A stretch of 64,000 nucleotides of DNA from Phoronis australis (lineage: Eukaryota > Animalia > Phoronida), in contig NMRA01000261.1 in assembly GCA_002633005.1 (NCBI GenBank), forward strand, positions 124,001 through 188,000, read 5' to 3'. The number at the start of each line of letters is the position of its first letter. The first letter of the stretch is position 1. Below the pieces are notes generated by a model that searched no databases, was not told where the DNA came from, and was given only the letters and a program-made list of their open reading frames with translations. This document shows positions 12,627-27,104 of the stretch, one piece after another. Made by a program: the position numbers and the translations under genes.

Positions 12627-15600
12627 TATAGTCCACACGTACCCGGTATTACATAAAAGTGTAACCTAGAAAACATACTAATTAAGCATTTCAAAATGAA
12701 CATTAACATTTCCTTGTCCTGATAGAATTTACAGTTGGAATTGAGTCAACCTGCATTTGAACAAAAGCGGTGCATTATTGGTCACAGCTGGTCTGAGCCC
12801 TTTGATTTTGGGAATTTACGCGTTTTTCAATTTGTAAGTTCATTGGATATCAATGGAAAGAAAGTCAATCATGGTAAGGAAAATTTTGAAGCAGATTTTG
12901 TAGGGGTAAATTAATTAGTCCCAGTTCTGACACTGAGAGTGCATTTCTCCATGGTTTTGATTGGCTTTTCGACCAGCTAAATAAGAAATGTGGCTTTAGT
13001 TACAACAACGCAATATGTGATGTTCCTGCTATTGAGATCGCAGTGAACTTGTCAAGACTTAAACAGCTAGTATATGAAGACAACTGAGAGTGCAACAGAA
13101 ATAAAACAAGAACAAGTCAAGAGTATAGATAATAATTTAATAGAGCAGAGCTAGACAAACATACAACAGTCAAGAAAGTTTAGAGAATAAAGTAATAACA
13201 ACTAAGGAGACAGAGAACACATCAAGTATGTGCAGAAAAAACTGGCATAAACCACTCACAGATATGTGTAAGCACAATAGTCCTCGTATAAAACTATTTA
13301 CATTTCAATTATACCAGGAAACCCCAGTTACAACTGATTCAACATTTCAAAAACACCACACTATTAAAGAGTGTGTAAATAATACAACACTGCTAGCTGA
13401 GGAATAACAGTCCACAGTAGTGACAATAAATAAAACACAAATAAACACTGCTGAGTGTGACTTAACAGATGTTACACTCACAAACAAAACAACAATGAGT
13501 CAAGTATAAAAACCAGACTACTCTTCTACAGAAGGGGTTAGGTATGTGTCGCTAACTCAGGTCCAATGTCCTCTCAGGGATCGCCCAACAGCAGTGGCAT
13601 GCGCACTTCCCATACCAAAAAAGGCCTTCCTGCAAACACTTGCTGCAAGCTTGCCGCAGTTGCAAACACATGAAATCATCTCTGAATTATGATGCAATTT
13701 AGCCATTCGGCCATAGCCAGATTTCTTTATTGTCAAACTTGCTTCAGTGGGGACACTGAGTACTGTGCAGAGTTTCGTAGATGTAACTGAAGAAAGTCAC
13801 GGGTGTGACCTCACGTTTCGCTTGTAATTCTAGGCGATGTCTTGCAAAGTCTTGTGTTTTGGCTAGATTCTTGGCTGTCATTTTTTATTTTGTGGCATTG
13901 CCCTGAGTAATGTGTTATGTTAAGGTCTCGCATAAGCCTGGATTATTTTGAACGTGTTGCGCGACACACCCCTACCCAAAATTTGGAAGAGCACCCCAGA
14001 AAAGAAACACAAAATTAATGCACATGACAAAGTCACGTAAAAATTACAGGAGCACATTACAAAATGTGGCATTACAAACATATGCAACCCTGTTGGAATC
14101 TCTTTTGTTTGAGAAAAGTGTGGCCTTACAGTGTTGATCAAATAAGCAAAAGCCATTAGGCAGTAGGAATACTAGCATGAGAGTGGCAACTGGTCACCGT
14201 TCATGAACCCAGCTCCACAACAGTATACTTATGTCAGGAGCTGATAAACTGATATTGATTTGCAGTCATCATTCATTACTCCAGGTTAATCCAGTACCAA
14301 TGACAATGAATAGAGTAGATTTAATGCATTGATTAACAGCCATCATTAAGTAATTCAGCTACAGCATCAAATGCTGAGTAAAAAGTTAATCATAATTCTT
14401 CAACATTGGTATTCATTAAACTAAGTACGGGATTCCTACTGAAACTCTGAAGATGTGACCAACCTATAACTGTTGTAAAACTGCATGAGCCACAAAATAT
14501 ACCCTACGGTTTCCGGTTAATAGTACCCAGTGCCCTTAAATTGTCTCTGAAATTGTTTTTAGGAGGGTGAAGGCCTTTATTGTGAACAGTCGAATTGTGT
14601 AAAGGTGTCTGACTTGAATGTAAGAGTCAAGTATAACACAGGAGATCAAGAAGCAAAATAGCACTTGAACTCCAACTGTTCATTATCCAACCACTATATG
14701 CCTGTTTCGTACATTTTGGGAGCTATAACTGAAAGGAGACGCTTTCAAAAAAGTTTTGATCGTATAAGTGGAGGAGGGCACTAAAAGTGAAAATCTGGAA
14801 ATTTTGGAAATTTTGCAATTGGGCATGAAGATTAGCATGGGTATTAACCGCGGAAAAGTAAAGTATAGTTGTGTCAGAGTAGAGTCCAGCAGGAGCATAA
14901 AATGACCACTTTGTGCAACCATAAACATAAACATAGATTACATACACCTTACCATACAAAAGAACAGTGTTCAAACCATATGATCATGCAGTTTGATAGA
15001 CACCTTGTGCTTCACAAGAACAATCACTGCTGGGTATGACATTTTAACACACTGATTCAATACAACAAAACAAAAGCTCAAATTAAAGACAAATGGATTG
15101 AAATTCAATCTCTTGCACATTCAACCACACCATCTCAACCAAAATAAGGCCAATTAGATGTCAAATCTCAGTCCAACAGTATTTTCACCATAGCTAGTAT
15201 TCTGGGTGTCGAAAGACACTGTCATCAATTCATTATGAGAAGGCACTCATCTGGTATGAAAAAACAACAAAAGTTGGAAGTGAAGGCAACATTGCTAGCT
15301 TCACAAAATCAAAAGCAATGTGAGCCACGAAAACTGGACACGGTAATTGACCAGTCAACGGATTGTAAGACAACAGCAGCAGAGCGAGCCTGACATTATC
15401 ACTTGTAACGGGAACATTTACCTAAAACAAAATAATACTTGAGGAATGTCTGGTACATAGCCAAGTCCTGATCAATGATATAGCCTGGGCTTAACTTGCC
15501 TGAGCAAAAATAACCTAATACTATCAGTCAGAAGTCAAGTCCTAAATACCACCAAGCTGAGGTAGTATCCGTGTTAGAGATTGTCATGTCTATGTAAGGA

Positions 15601-18600
15601 CACTTAAAGACAACTTAATTAATACATGGTTCCCATTCATGCTGCTTCATATTCATTCCTTTTCAAGCATATATTTCTCATTTTTATCACAAAATTGTTA
15701 TCACTAATGAAGACCCAAAATACAAAGTAATCCTAGCTACTGATTGTAATTAAATGCATGAACTTCAGTGCAATGTGACTCACATTTTGGAGTTCTAGCA
15801 GATTTCCATTTAACAGAATTTTATGACTTTCCATGAGCTTTCCAGGATTTTCCACCTCTTCATTTTCCAGTACATTTTCATGCAAGTCCTTTTCAAAGTT
15901 TTCCATGATGAGTAAGGGAACCATGTTATATAAATTTACAATGTTTAAACGGTTAAAACTTCAAATGCTTGGGTAGCTTTTGATGAAAAGAGAAAAATTC
16001 TTCAGTGCATGCAGCCACTACTAGGCAATGTGTGGAGGTACTAACACTACTATATTATGGACATACCTGAACTGGAGTACTGCACCTACTCCGTTTCATA
16101 TTATGTTGTTGCAACAGAGATAGCAGAAACTAACACACTCACAGTCAATGTCAACAGCACTAATCTAACACACAACTCTGATCACTCTTGTATTTGAAAA
16201 TCTAAGGAGTGTAGGAAGCAGGGGAATGTATTCCCCGATGATTTGCAACATCGCCGGTGAAATCGGGTGATGATTGGGAACAGTTGGACAAGCTTGAATA
16301 CGTTTGTGCACCCTCAGATAACTTTTACCTTAATTCCTAAAGGTGTGATAACATTGTCTTGTCACTCAATTAATAATTACTACGGAAACTTTGGACATCA
16401 TTCCCCACCTTACTTACGAACTTAATGGTGTAATTTAGTTTTGCATCTCATTCAGTGTTTAAGATCCAACTGCCAGTATAGACTTCAACAGGTCGAAATT
16501 TAAGTACAGACCATAATGTGTCAGACCTGTTCCCACTACGAATTACCTGCAGCACATTTAACCCGATGGAATTAAGCTTTGAGAGAGCTGTGTAAGACAG
16601 TTCAACTCACAATCTATGATTAGCTCATACCAACTAGACAGGTAAACTGGCCAGAGTCAGCAAGAAGCAGCTGCTATGTTTATTTATTTTTCTTGACACT
16701 AAAAGAACCACAGGGTGGTATGTGGATATCCAGTAGCATACTTGGATTGTGGCAGGGACAAGGGCATGGCAGTTCTGAAATCAGTAGAAAGCAATGGAAT
16801 GATTGAGCTGACTTATTGATGACCTCAGATCAAAGGTCACAACAAGATGACATGGCTCTCATCAAAATTACTAATGATTAAGAAAGTTTTAAAATGAAAA
16901 AATTACAACGTCAGAATTTGAGCACTCGGTACATAATATTTGTTTTAAAAAATAATTTGTCATTACAGGATGTGAAATAGTTTCCATTAAAGAACGCAAT
17001 AATTAACTCAGAAAGCACAACTTATGAAATCTTTTGAGAAAATGATTTTAATTAACAGTCTACAGAAGTAGGCCTATGCTGCAAGTCTGAAACATTGTCA
17101 TGCCATGCGCTAGCGTGCACAATTCAGTCATACGTTGTTATTCAAGTGACATGTCTCACACTCCACCACCACAAGTCAAATTTCAAGTTTTTCATATCTT
17201 GTCCAGTGACACCACAAAGTAACAGTTTTGTTTTCTGTTGTTTCCACTCACTTCAATAATGATGAATCTGACAACGTTACTTATAAAAGACATGGGCATT
17301 CTCATTGATTTTCTCAAGATTTAATATCATTTTTTTACCCAAGCATCACAATTACACGTTTACAATCCTTTATGAATGCAATAACAGTAATATCCAATTT
17401 TGGGAAAAAATGCTCAAATAAATACTTTTTATTTCTCAAAGGCTTCTAACAAGGTGCCCACAATTTCTCAAAACATCAATTTCACAGAACTAATGTCAAA
17501 GCCTTTATTTGGTTCTACTTAGCATTTTTGAAAAAAGAATACTCAAAAAATTTAATACAAATGTCTGCGACTATATGTCCTAAAGTGGTGATTTTCCTGT
17601 TTGTACCAAATACCTGTTGTATCGATTGGAATACAGCACATGCAACTGATGCCAACTACCAGAGTGAAATTGTGGTTCATGAGTGAGACAAAATGTTCCC
17701 AAGACTAGAACTGTGGAGCACAAGGAGACAAAGGAATTGCACTGATGAGAAAAGAATGCTGCTGATCAGAACACCTATGACACCTACGAGCCAGCAAGTT
17801 AGGACTGTCTACACTGCACTCCACCCATGGAGAGGTGCCACAGACGGATGTTTACTTGATAACCAGGTGGGTTCAAACTTGGATGTTTACTTGATACCTC
17901 AACATAAATATGCTTATACCTTAAAGTCAACTCAGGTTGTGTGCAAAAAATCCACTTTTCACATGAATGATAACCTTTCATCTGCTCTAAAATCAACCCT
18001 CTACTTTTGTGATGCAAGAAAGTTGCGACTAATAATGTTCACTTGTTGAGGTAATTGGTAATTTAGTTACCAAGAATCAATACATAATTGTCAAGTATAA
18101 GATGTAGGTCCATACACCATTATGTTTTTAAAATCTATGATGAACACAGAATCTAACTAGTAATCCTCTTAACACATCTTTTTCTAAAAAAAAACCTTTG
18201 TTTTTCATGGAAAACACCGTAATTTACACAAACACAATTTATCTGTCTGAAACTTAAATTTTGTTTCTTTATTGTCACAAAAGTGCACCTTGGACTGTCT
18301 TTCAAAGCCTGCATGTTAGAGTGACAACTTTGATGTCAATAATCCATGAAAAATCTTGATATTTGACAGCCTGGTTATCCGGGACCATTGGCTTAAAAGA
18401 AAATCCCAAACACCCTTCTATGGCTAATAGAATTAAGAAACAGAATTCCCAAGTTCATGTGAAGAAATCCTGTTATAGGAAAACATGGTGATCTTGAAAT
18501 ATCACGTTATAGTAAAAACCTAGTCACGGAATTACGAATGTAAACACAACATTGTGTGATCATAAAGGATTTTAAAAACCTTTAGTTGTATGGATATATA

Positions 18601-19169
18601 TTATTAACACTTCAAAAGTTGTTTAAGAACTTCAAACCTTAGTAACAACAATAACCAGTTACTTAAATGTGTTTTGAAGACCAGCACAAATAAAGTAATT
18701 AGTATTCATTCAGTGACATCATATCAGCAGGAAGCTGAGTGAGTCAAGCATGGAAGATCTACACTACAGTAGTCACACACTACCAATTTGAACTTTATTT
18801 CTTGCACTTTATACACTAGATGCAACATTTTTACAGACCTTTATATTTTCTAGCCTAATTTCAGAGAAAAATCCAATAATTAGATGAAAAGCTTGATGAA
18901 AAAATCTTTCAGCTTAATTAAAGTTGACAGAAAAGATTAAACACTGATTGAGACCACTTACCATGCTGAATGGTGTCAAGTTGTTCCTTACTCTGATTAG
19001 AAGTGATTTCTGAACTTCTGAACAACTGACAGTTATTGCCTGCAGCCACATTCAGTGCATAACATGAGTCGCCAGATCAACTCATCTTAAGACGTGGTCT
19101 GGACCATTAACCATTAGGCAAATCTTACACTAACAGGATTTACACCGAAGTGGACGAGGAAGCGGGCAC

Positions 19170-19532
19170 TGTTTACCCCAGGTTATCCGGTGAATTCTCG
19201 GCACATCAAAGGCTTTACGGTGACATCACGAATTGAAGTGAGCCAGTTGTTGTTCACGTGGGCTTGGCTGAACGTGTTGGATAAGATAATTGTGGTCGTA
19301 AACCAACTGTTTTGCATACGAGTTTTAAACGAAAAATAAGTAAAGCAATATGACCAACACCACTGTTTTTTAGAATTGAAAAGCAAATAGAAGCCGTCTT
19401 TGAATTTTTAAAAGCGATGCATTATAAGAAAGATTATCAAATAGGTTTTCTTCAGCATCGCAGCTAAGCCACGAGAATTAATTGGTGAATTGATTAAGAA
19501 AGGTTAGTCAAAGTCTGGCTTACGCTCTCTCA
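19170..19532 (+). repeat. Dispersed repeat family D, copy 1
   Basis: ttggctgaa.gtg.tggat.agataattgtggtcgtaaaccaac is shared with 61400-61445; similarity extends about 330 bp. Confidence 0.75.
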
Positions 19533-19971
19533 AGCCGCATTTACACGTGAAACAGCTGACCCGGCACAGCTAACACAGAACAGCCACTCTCGTCAGTGCA
19601 AGTGTGTGAATGTGTAAACACGACTGACACAGAGCACGTGACACCGTAACGGTCAGTTTTTGACACCGGTTAATAATAGGTAGAGCGAGTTACCTTCGAT
19701 AAGTTTCTCCCGAGTCAACTACATGTCTAGACACAACAGAGGCACGGCTTTCAATGCCCTTGCACAATAGCAAACATTCGGGTGATCAGCTGGCATTCTA
19801 TGTGGTTTGGACATTCGCTATTGTGTATGCGAGCACACTCAGACAGTCTTCTTGTAAGTAACTCATGCTAATCCAGTTTGCGATCTAATGTCGTACAAAT
19901 GCGACTAAAGTGGGGTACGTCGCGCCGTGACCTCTGACACAGTGACAACTGTCTATCATGTAAAAGCGGCT
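19533..19971. mobile_element. PIF/Harbinger-like MITE (439 bp) with TCA target-site duplication
   Basis: TIRs agccgcatttacacg / catgtaaaagcggct flanked by tca on both sides. Confidence 0.8.
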
Positions 19972-20215
19972 TCAGGTGTTGCGGTAACAAAAACACCAAA
20001 TGTTAACGTAGGAGTTGTCTCATGTATACTTCGTTCATATGCTAGCATTTTTGCTAGAACTTTCACTAGCAGCAAAAACATTAGGTTAACGGTTGCAAGG
20101 GCCACTTTTGCTGGCATTTTGCTCAGGTTTCAGTTACCCCAAAATTGCTGTCATTTTCGCAAGCACCTTTGTAGCAAGGCTGCACTGTATTGAAGTGGCA
20201 GAAAAATTGCATATA

Positions 20216-22590
20216 CCGTAAACGTTCGGGTTAACGCCCTGGGGTGGGCGGTTAACCAGACATGGGCGCTTAAACGTGAAATTTCAAGAAATCCAGGGTG
20301 GGCGGTTAACCGAACATGGGCGCTTATTACAACAGGCAACCGCCCTGGGCGGTTAATCTTACCTCGTACTCGGAACGCGTAGCACTTTTCAAAGAGCGTT
20401 ATCGTCACGTCGCCACATGACGGGAAAAATGTCATAACAGCGGATGATCCCAACAAAGATTCTCTTGTCCTCAGATTAGTTATTCATTATTAAATTTACA
20501 GATGTTCTGAGTAATAGCCCCGTGGCATCCTGCAGTCTTGTTACTTTGCCCTCTAGAGCGCAGACAACCAGTGACCACGCAGCCTCTACTTGGATTTCAA
20601 CTATTTCAAGATGTAACCTTGTTAAAGTGCGCGCGTGCAAGCTTTACGTGTTGCAGAGGTCACAGCAGACATCAAATTTATGGTTACAGTCTCGTACTGA
20701 GCTGCCAAGTTCGTCTGAGAGCAGTTTTAAAATTAGTTGTAATAAAAGTTTGAAAAACTTAATTCAGATGTTTTTGTGTTTAGGATGTTTCGACACTCCG
20801 TGACTCAATGACATTTTCAGCGTATGGTTCTGCGACTAGCTATTTTATCTCGACCGCCCGGCATTGCTCACTTGCCGTTGCTCCAACCATGCTCGGCAAA
20901 GAACTAGGCCTAAGACAAGAATCGGGGTTAAGCAGCCGTGAGCCACTCGTCAATCAAGATTAAAATTTCGAGCCACAACATAAATATGAGATAAACGCCA
21001 CAAAACAGCAATGTTTCAATTCATTCTTAAACGATCACCTTACCAAACTTCGTGGTGGAAAAACATTTATTTTTCATGCAAGATGTCCACATTATCCTAT
21101 TTATATCACTTGCAATATCGCACTGCGGCACTGTTCGGTCCCGCTGTTGGCGCACAATGTCTCAGTCGGCTGACAATCGTGACTTGGAAATGCCATCAAG
21201 TAATATAACGGCCTCTTTCAATATGCATCTCGTTTTTTATGGCCAAAGATAGCGGCGGGAATCAGTGTGAGTCACCTGTCAATCACATGTTGGTGTCAAG
21301 GTAACATGCACTGCAAAGTGTGGGAACTTGCGCACGTGCACCAAAATGACTACAAAGTCACACATCAAAAGAGAATAGCCCAAAGTAACAAAATGGGCGT
21401 GACTATGTACTTTTAAGCTGTTGTTACGAAAGACCCAGTTCTTTATGATATTCTTCCGTTGCCAATGTTCCCCAAAACTGCAATGTCAAGTCTATTCCGA
21501 TATTTCCCGGCTCGATGCTCTCTGAGCCCATGCACGTAGGTAGCTGCATGCATCTCCTACCCACTATCGCCAATTTTCAGTCAGTCTACGTCGTAGATGA
21601 CTCGAATGGTAAGAGTTTTTGTTCAGGCTGAAACTGGCCAATGTATAAACAAAATTATTCTGGATGGCGAAAAAGGGGATGTGGAAACGATAATTCACAA
21701 AGTCACGCTTATACGTGGGGACTGACGCAAGAAATAGTAAAGAACAGCCAACGACGTTAGTATCTGCTGACGCCAGTTTGACTGAGATGCAATAAGCGAA
21801 AAACAAAATTTGACTAGCAGTTTTTTATTACCTCAAAATCATACACAAACGTACATTATTGCCAACCTTTGAATTCAGAAATCGATAGGCAGCAACGAAA
21901 TCGGTAACCCATTGAGGCACTTGTACTGTCCCTTCGGTCACCACACATCTTCTATAACCTGGCAGTTACATTCATCAAAATATTGAGAATTTGACATCTT
22001 TCCGTGAGTTGTGAGATTTCCTCAAAGTACGAGAGCTTCCCACCTTAATAGAATTCGGAGGGTTGGCAAAACCATTGTCACATTCTCGGGCCTTATTTTT
22101 TCGAATATATGATTTTTCTAGTGCACTGCAGACGGAAACTCAGCGCGGCAGACAAAGTCGCTGAAAACGGAGGTTTTGACGCCGGCGGCGTGCTTAAACT
22201 TTGCAAACATGGGAAGAAAATAAAGTGACAAAAACGTTCAAGTATTATATTTTGAAGTGAGTCCATGACCCTAGACAATAACTCGTTACTTGTATTGTAA
22301 TTCACATTGCTAAACCACCGTCTGGGAGGCCCGGCGTCGTTGTGCTCATTGTGATCATCGATCTTTTTCTAAAAGTCGGGGAATCGCTCGTTTCCTTAGC
22401 ACTGGGCGCTAAATCTTCATTCCTTAAGAGTCGGGGATGGGCGCTTAACCGAGAGGTGGGCGCTTAACTGGAAATCTTCAAAAATCGCAGGGGGGCGCTT
22501 AACTGAGCAGTGGGCAATTAAATCGAAAATCCACCTAAAGTAGGGGGTGGGCGGTTAACTGAGCATGGGCGTTAACCCGAACGTTTACGG
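20216..22590. mobile_element. Non-autonomous pogo/Tc1-mariner-type DNA transposon (2.37 kb)
   Basis: Perfect 24-bp TIRs ccgtaaacgttcgggttaacgccc, TA on both flanks, subterminal GGGCG(G/C)TTAAC repeats, CpG-rich interior with no long ORF. Confidence 0.9.
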
Positions 22591-25089
22591 TATTATGATA
22601 TATATTTGTATTAAGTAGCAAACTGGTGGAAGTGGATATTTTTCAGTTTGAAACAAATGAAATGTTCAAAACCAGTAAAGCCTTTAGTTGTACAAGAAAA
22701 TGGACCGTGAACTAACAACAGAAATTCACACTTCACTCAAAAACAATTGAAAATATCATCATTTTCGGTTGTCAAAACTTGCAAAATATTGTTTCAATGA
22801 CATCTGCATAGTAAAACCTAGTTCATAAAAGACTACAATTTTCTTAATCTTTATTTTCGTTCAGAAAGTTAGCTAAAGCAATATTTCGCTTGCCTTATAT
22901 TATGTACTAAATAGAAGAATAATTACCATGATTGAAACAGAATTATGTAATAGTACTATGTAATAGTATGAGACAAATGATGTCATCAAATCAACAAAGT
23001 GAAAGTAATTTATTATTATTTTGCATAAGTTCTAAAATTGTCTTCAAGCACTTTTTTATCCTAAGTTCTGTTAACAGCGAGACACTGAACTAATTCTTAA
23101 TGGAAACCCAGTTAGCAGAAGTTCTACATCCAGACAGAATATTAGCCATGAAAGCATACTGTACACAAATTGAAATTAGGCATGTGGAATACCATAAGGT
23201 ATGTTTTTAATAATTTGTATCACTACAATATGCTACACAAGCCATTTGAGGCATGTCTCCATTTGAAATGTAACTATGGCCACTTGATACAATACTGTTT
23301 CAATAAAATCAAGCATATTTTTAAAAGAATGTTTCTAATACACTCCATGTGGAGTCATGTTGAAAGTAAGAGACAATACAAACTGCCCCGAACCATTTCA
23401 CTGCCAAATGCACAGACTGGCAAGCTGAATACTTTTTCGTTCTCAAACCACTTAATCCTCAATTTCATGGGAGATAACTATACTTTAACAGTATTGGGAG
23501 ATAACAGGAAGACAGTTTTACAAATCTTGAACGCAAATGAAGTTCTTTGAATTTTTATGTTTTTTGAACAAATTGTGGTCCATCAAATACCTGACAAATT
23601 TTAATTGATGCAATGGCCTCTAAATTGTCCATCACCAAAGTTAAATTGACTGATCCAGCATCTCAGATTGAAATGTCAGATATGAGATCAGGTAACGTGC
23701 TGGCGAAGGCAGCCGGGTATAAAATTTCAACCAAAACCCTTCATTAACCATGGCAGTTTTTTTCACTTGAAATCTTGAATCCGCTTCCTGACGAATACCT
23801 GCCTCAACACATGACGTCATAATTTCAGAATTTCACAAGACAATGCGTGTGCATCCTACTATGAAAGTTTCATAGTAATCCACCATCAACTATCAGTTTT
23901 AAACAGTTTATAGTGATTGTACCCTATGTTATACATATATCTTCAAAACTCATTAGGAACTAAGAAATGCAGTTCTAAAAACTGTCAGTCAAAGAGTTAA
24001 TGGCCTGTATAATGACAGTCCAATGAGTTTCAAGTTGATACTGCAGGGATTAAAAGCACACTATACATGATAAAAAACCGTAAAGATTACAGTTGAAATT
24101 TAGTCAATAGTACTGCTTAACCCGCAAATGGCCAGAGGATAAGTACGATGGGTAACTGAACGGTACTATAATTAGTAATGGGCAGCATCCAGGGAGCCAT
24201 GTTAACACCAGGTGGAATTTATAATTTGCATTTTATGTGGTGAGAGTTCAGCATAACTGAATGGCATGCGCCTTGAGATTTTTGCATGCAAACGACTTTG
24301 CTAATCTGTGTATAATCATTTGATCGGTATTCTGGGAATCGCTGCTTTAGGATACTCGTACCAAAAAGAACGTTGCACTTCTGGTGCACGCGTGTAATAA
24401 GTGTTGTTTTCCGTCAATACATGCTGTTTACACGCGACCAAGTAGTGATGTAACGAGCTGACAGCCGTACCACAATGCATTTGAAAAAATGACACAAGCA
24501 GCGGTAATTGAAATCTATCAAATTAGACGTACATTCCATGGCAAAAATAACTGAACAGAATATTTTGATAATCATTACCTAGCCTTCACCCACAACACTG
24601 CCATCCAGGACGAAGCATGCCATATTTTTTCTGATTATTTTCAGTGTACATCATATTTGCCAAGCTTTTAGCTAGTTTATCTAAATTATACAAAAACCTG
24701 TGCAAATTCAACATTTTAGAGCAGAATTACGAAAAAACTGTTTGGCCTAATAAGCATTAATTTCCCACGTAGAAGCTTTCAACATTAAGAGCAATTACGC
24801 GACTACGGTATACACACCACAGGCAGGCAGGGATAAAGCCAACTCTGTTTGTTAGTGGCACATTCAATAATTTTGATCAAATCACAAACACAGTTAGATA
24901 GAACCAACAGCCATCCAAGCAACTTTTGCTACTCAAAATTGGAATCAGTCATCTAAGCAGATACTATAGCTCGTCCCATAAAGATTTCTAAGATGTCCAA
25001 TAAATATTTCACTTTGAATAACTAAAGTTTAAAGTAAACACGTATGGACGGAGTGGCATGGACTACATGAGGAGTAGAGATGTGCTTAC

Positions 25090-25230
25090 CTTGAGTAGGT
25101 GTGCTTGAACTCTGTGTGCTGGTCTGACTCCCCTGTCTCGTCAGTCTATTGCCTGTCACACAGTTGTCACACTGATTACGTCCTCGTGAAAGGTCAGAAG
25201 CACATTTCAGCAGGCTGTACACAGGATCAG
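25090..25230 (-). CDS. Exon DPVYSLLKCASDLSRGRNQCDNC...STQSSSTPTQ
   Basis: tatccacag acceptor, CAAG|gtaagc donor, 141 nt, phase 1-1; DPVYxxL-type motif reminiscent of STAC-family proteins. Confidence 0.88.
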
Positions 25231-25510
25231 CTGTGGATACTGTAATATAGGGAGGGTTTGTGTACCAACAAACAAGGTAATAAATATGCTGGATACAGTA
25301 ATATAGGTGAGTTGTACCAATAAACATGGTAACAATGCTGGATATTGTAGTACATAGAGTTTGTGTACTAGCAAACAAGCAACATGTTGGATACTACAAT
25401 AGAGGAGAAATCAATTCACCAACACACAAGGTAAAAATTAGTTGCACACTGTAATACTGGGAGAGTCAAATGTACAAAATGCACGGATGATTAGAAATTG
25501 GATACTACAA
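25231..25510. repeat. Degenerate ~48-50-bp minisatellite abutting a splice acceptor
   Basis: ggatac..taatatag...gtaccaa.aaaca.ggtaa repeated 5-6 times. Confidence 0.7.
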
Positions 25511-25904
25511 CTGAAGAGAGTAAACATAGCAATTCAAATGAATGGCAAGAACAAGGAAGAATCAAGGTTCCACTCCAAATCATGAACTAAAACAATAGTT
25601 TTTAAAGATGGTACCAGAAAGGGCTTTAATGAACAATCATATGTAATAAGATATTGAGTCCAGCAATAAAAGGCACCAGCCAACATGGTAAAAACATGCC
25701 GGTTAATTACCTTAATACTGTATACTGTGCAGTTGATAGTGACTGGGATAACACACTTAAACTAGTACAAACATTTAGATATTATAATTAAAAACAACAA
25801 CTTTTATCAGGTACTCCATAGAAGCGGAATAACACCAGTCAGAATATGCCAGGAAGCAAGGACTTGTTGGCTTACAGTGTGTGAGAGTATAGTCAGTCAT
25901 CGTG

Positions 25905-26219
25905 TGTTCTGGACTCACAGTCACATTGTGTATCTGTGGAACTATAATCACAGTCACAGTGGGTGAGTGTAACTTTGCTCACAGTCAGTGTGTGTGGGAC
26001 TATACTCACAGTCACAGTGTGTGAGGGATACTCACAGTCACAGTGAGTATGGGACTATACTCACAGTCACAGTGTGTGAGGGATACTCACAGTCACAGTG
26101 AGTATGGGACTATACTCACAGTCACACTAGTGTGTGGGACTATATCCACAGTCACACTCGTGTGTGGGACTATACCCACAGTCACACTCGTGTGTGGGAC
26201 TATACTCACAGTCACAGTG
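25905..26219. repeat. 26-30-bp minisatellite (gggactatactcacagtcacag/ctcgtgtgt) spanning a splice donor
   Basis: About 10 directly visible tandem copies. Confidence 0.92.
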
Positions 26220-26306
26220 CTGAGCTGCATCTTCTTCAACCTCTCTCGCTCTTTCACTCTTGTCCCGAGAATCCAGCCTCTTCAAGAAACCTCGCATACC
26301 AGAGCT
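26210..26306 (-). CDS. Exon SSGMRGFLKRLDSRDKSERAREVEEDAAQHCD
   Basis: ttttatgttgccag acceptor, T|gtgagt donor, 97 nt, phase 0 to 1; exactly bridges the phases of the 27493 and 25230 exons. Confidence 0.82.
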
Positions 26307-27104
26307 CTGGCAACATAAAAGGCCATCACAAGTGTGTTGCATAAAGATTTACCAAATCTTGTAAACCATTCTATGTCTGAGCAATAGAATGCATTGTTAC
26401 TTTTTCCTAAATCCTTAAAGGTATAAACCCAGACATTTTCGACATTTATAAACTTATAAATTCCATTACGTACCATTCCCCTGGACTGTTAAAACCAAGA
26501 AATTTCCAACACCACCATCTAATCACGTTCAGTTTGTTAGCATCAGGCGTGCTGTCACAACATAAATGCTAGATTACGTGAGCTGACAATGAGAGAGCTC
26601 ACCAGGACTATGTACACATTGGCTTGCCAATATTCTCCCCTTGCTATCGCAGTCAAACTTATAATGGCACGGCTATATCTCCACTAGCCGATAAGTGAAA
26701 TCGGGATAGGGGTGCGTAACAATTCAACTTGTAATGGGATCCTAAGTGCATCCAACCAACTCCCCTCTCTTATCGTCACCTCAGTTCACTTATATTGGAC
26801 ATCAGACATAGACAAGCCTGATGATAATCCCATATGAGAGTCATTTTGGTCAATGTGTACCACTCTTTGGCTAACACAAGGTCTTTAGGAAACTAAAAAA
26901 GGAAATGGCTGAATTGTAGCGATTACTTTTAGTGCCTCAGTCGCCACAGACACACATCTGTGTATTGATATGCCCAAGCATATATTTGTCAATATTTAAT
27001 ATACATGAGAGCAATATTAGTTTGGCAGTAACAACATTTTTTCGAATAAACACCTCGAGTTTGTCTGCATAAAACTACACTATGAGGAACACCATTAACT
27101 CGGA

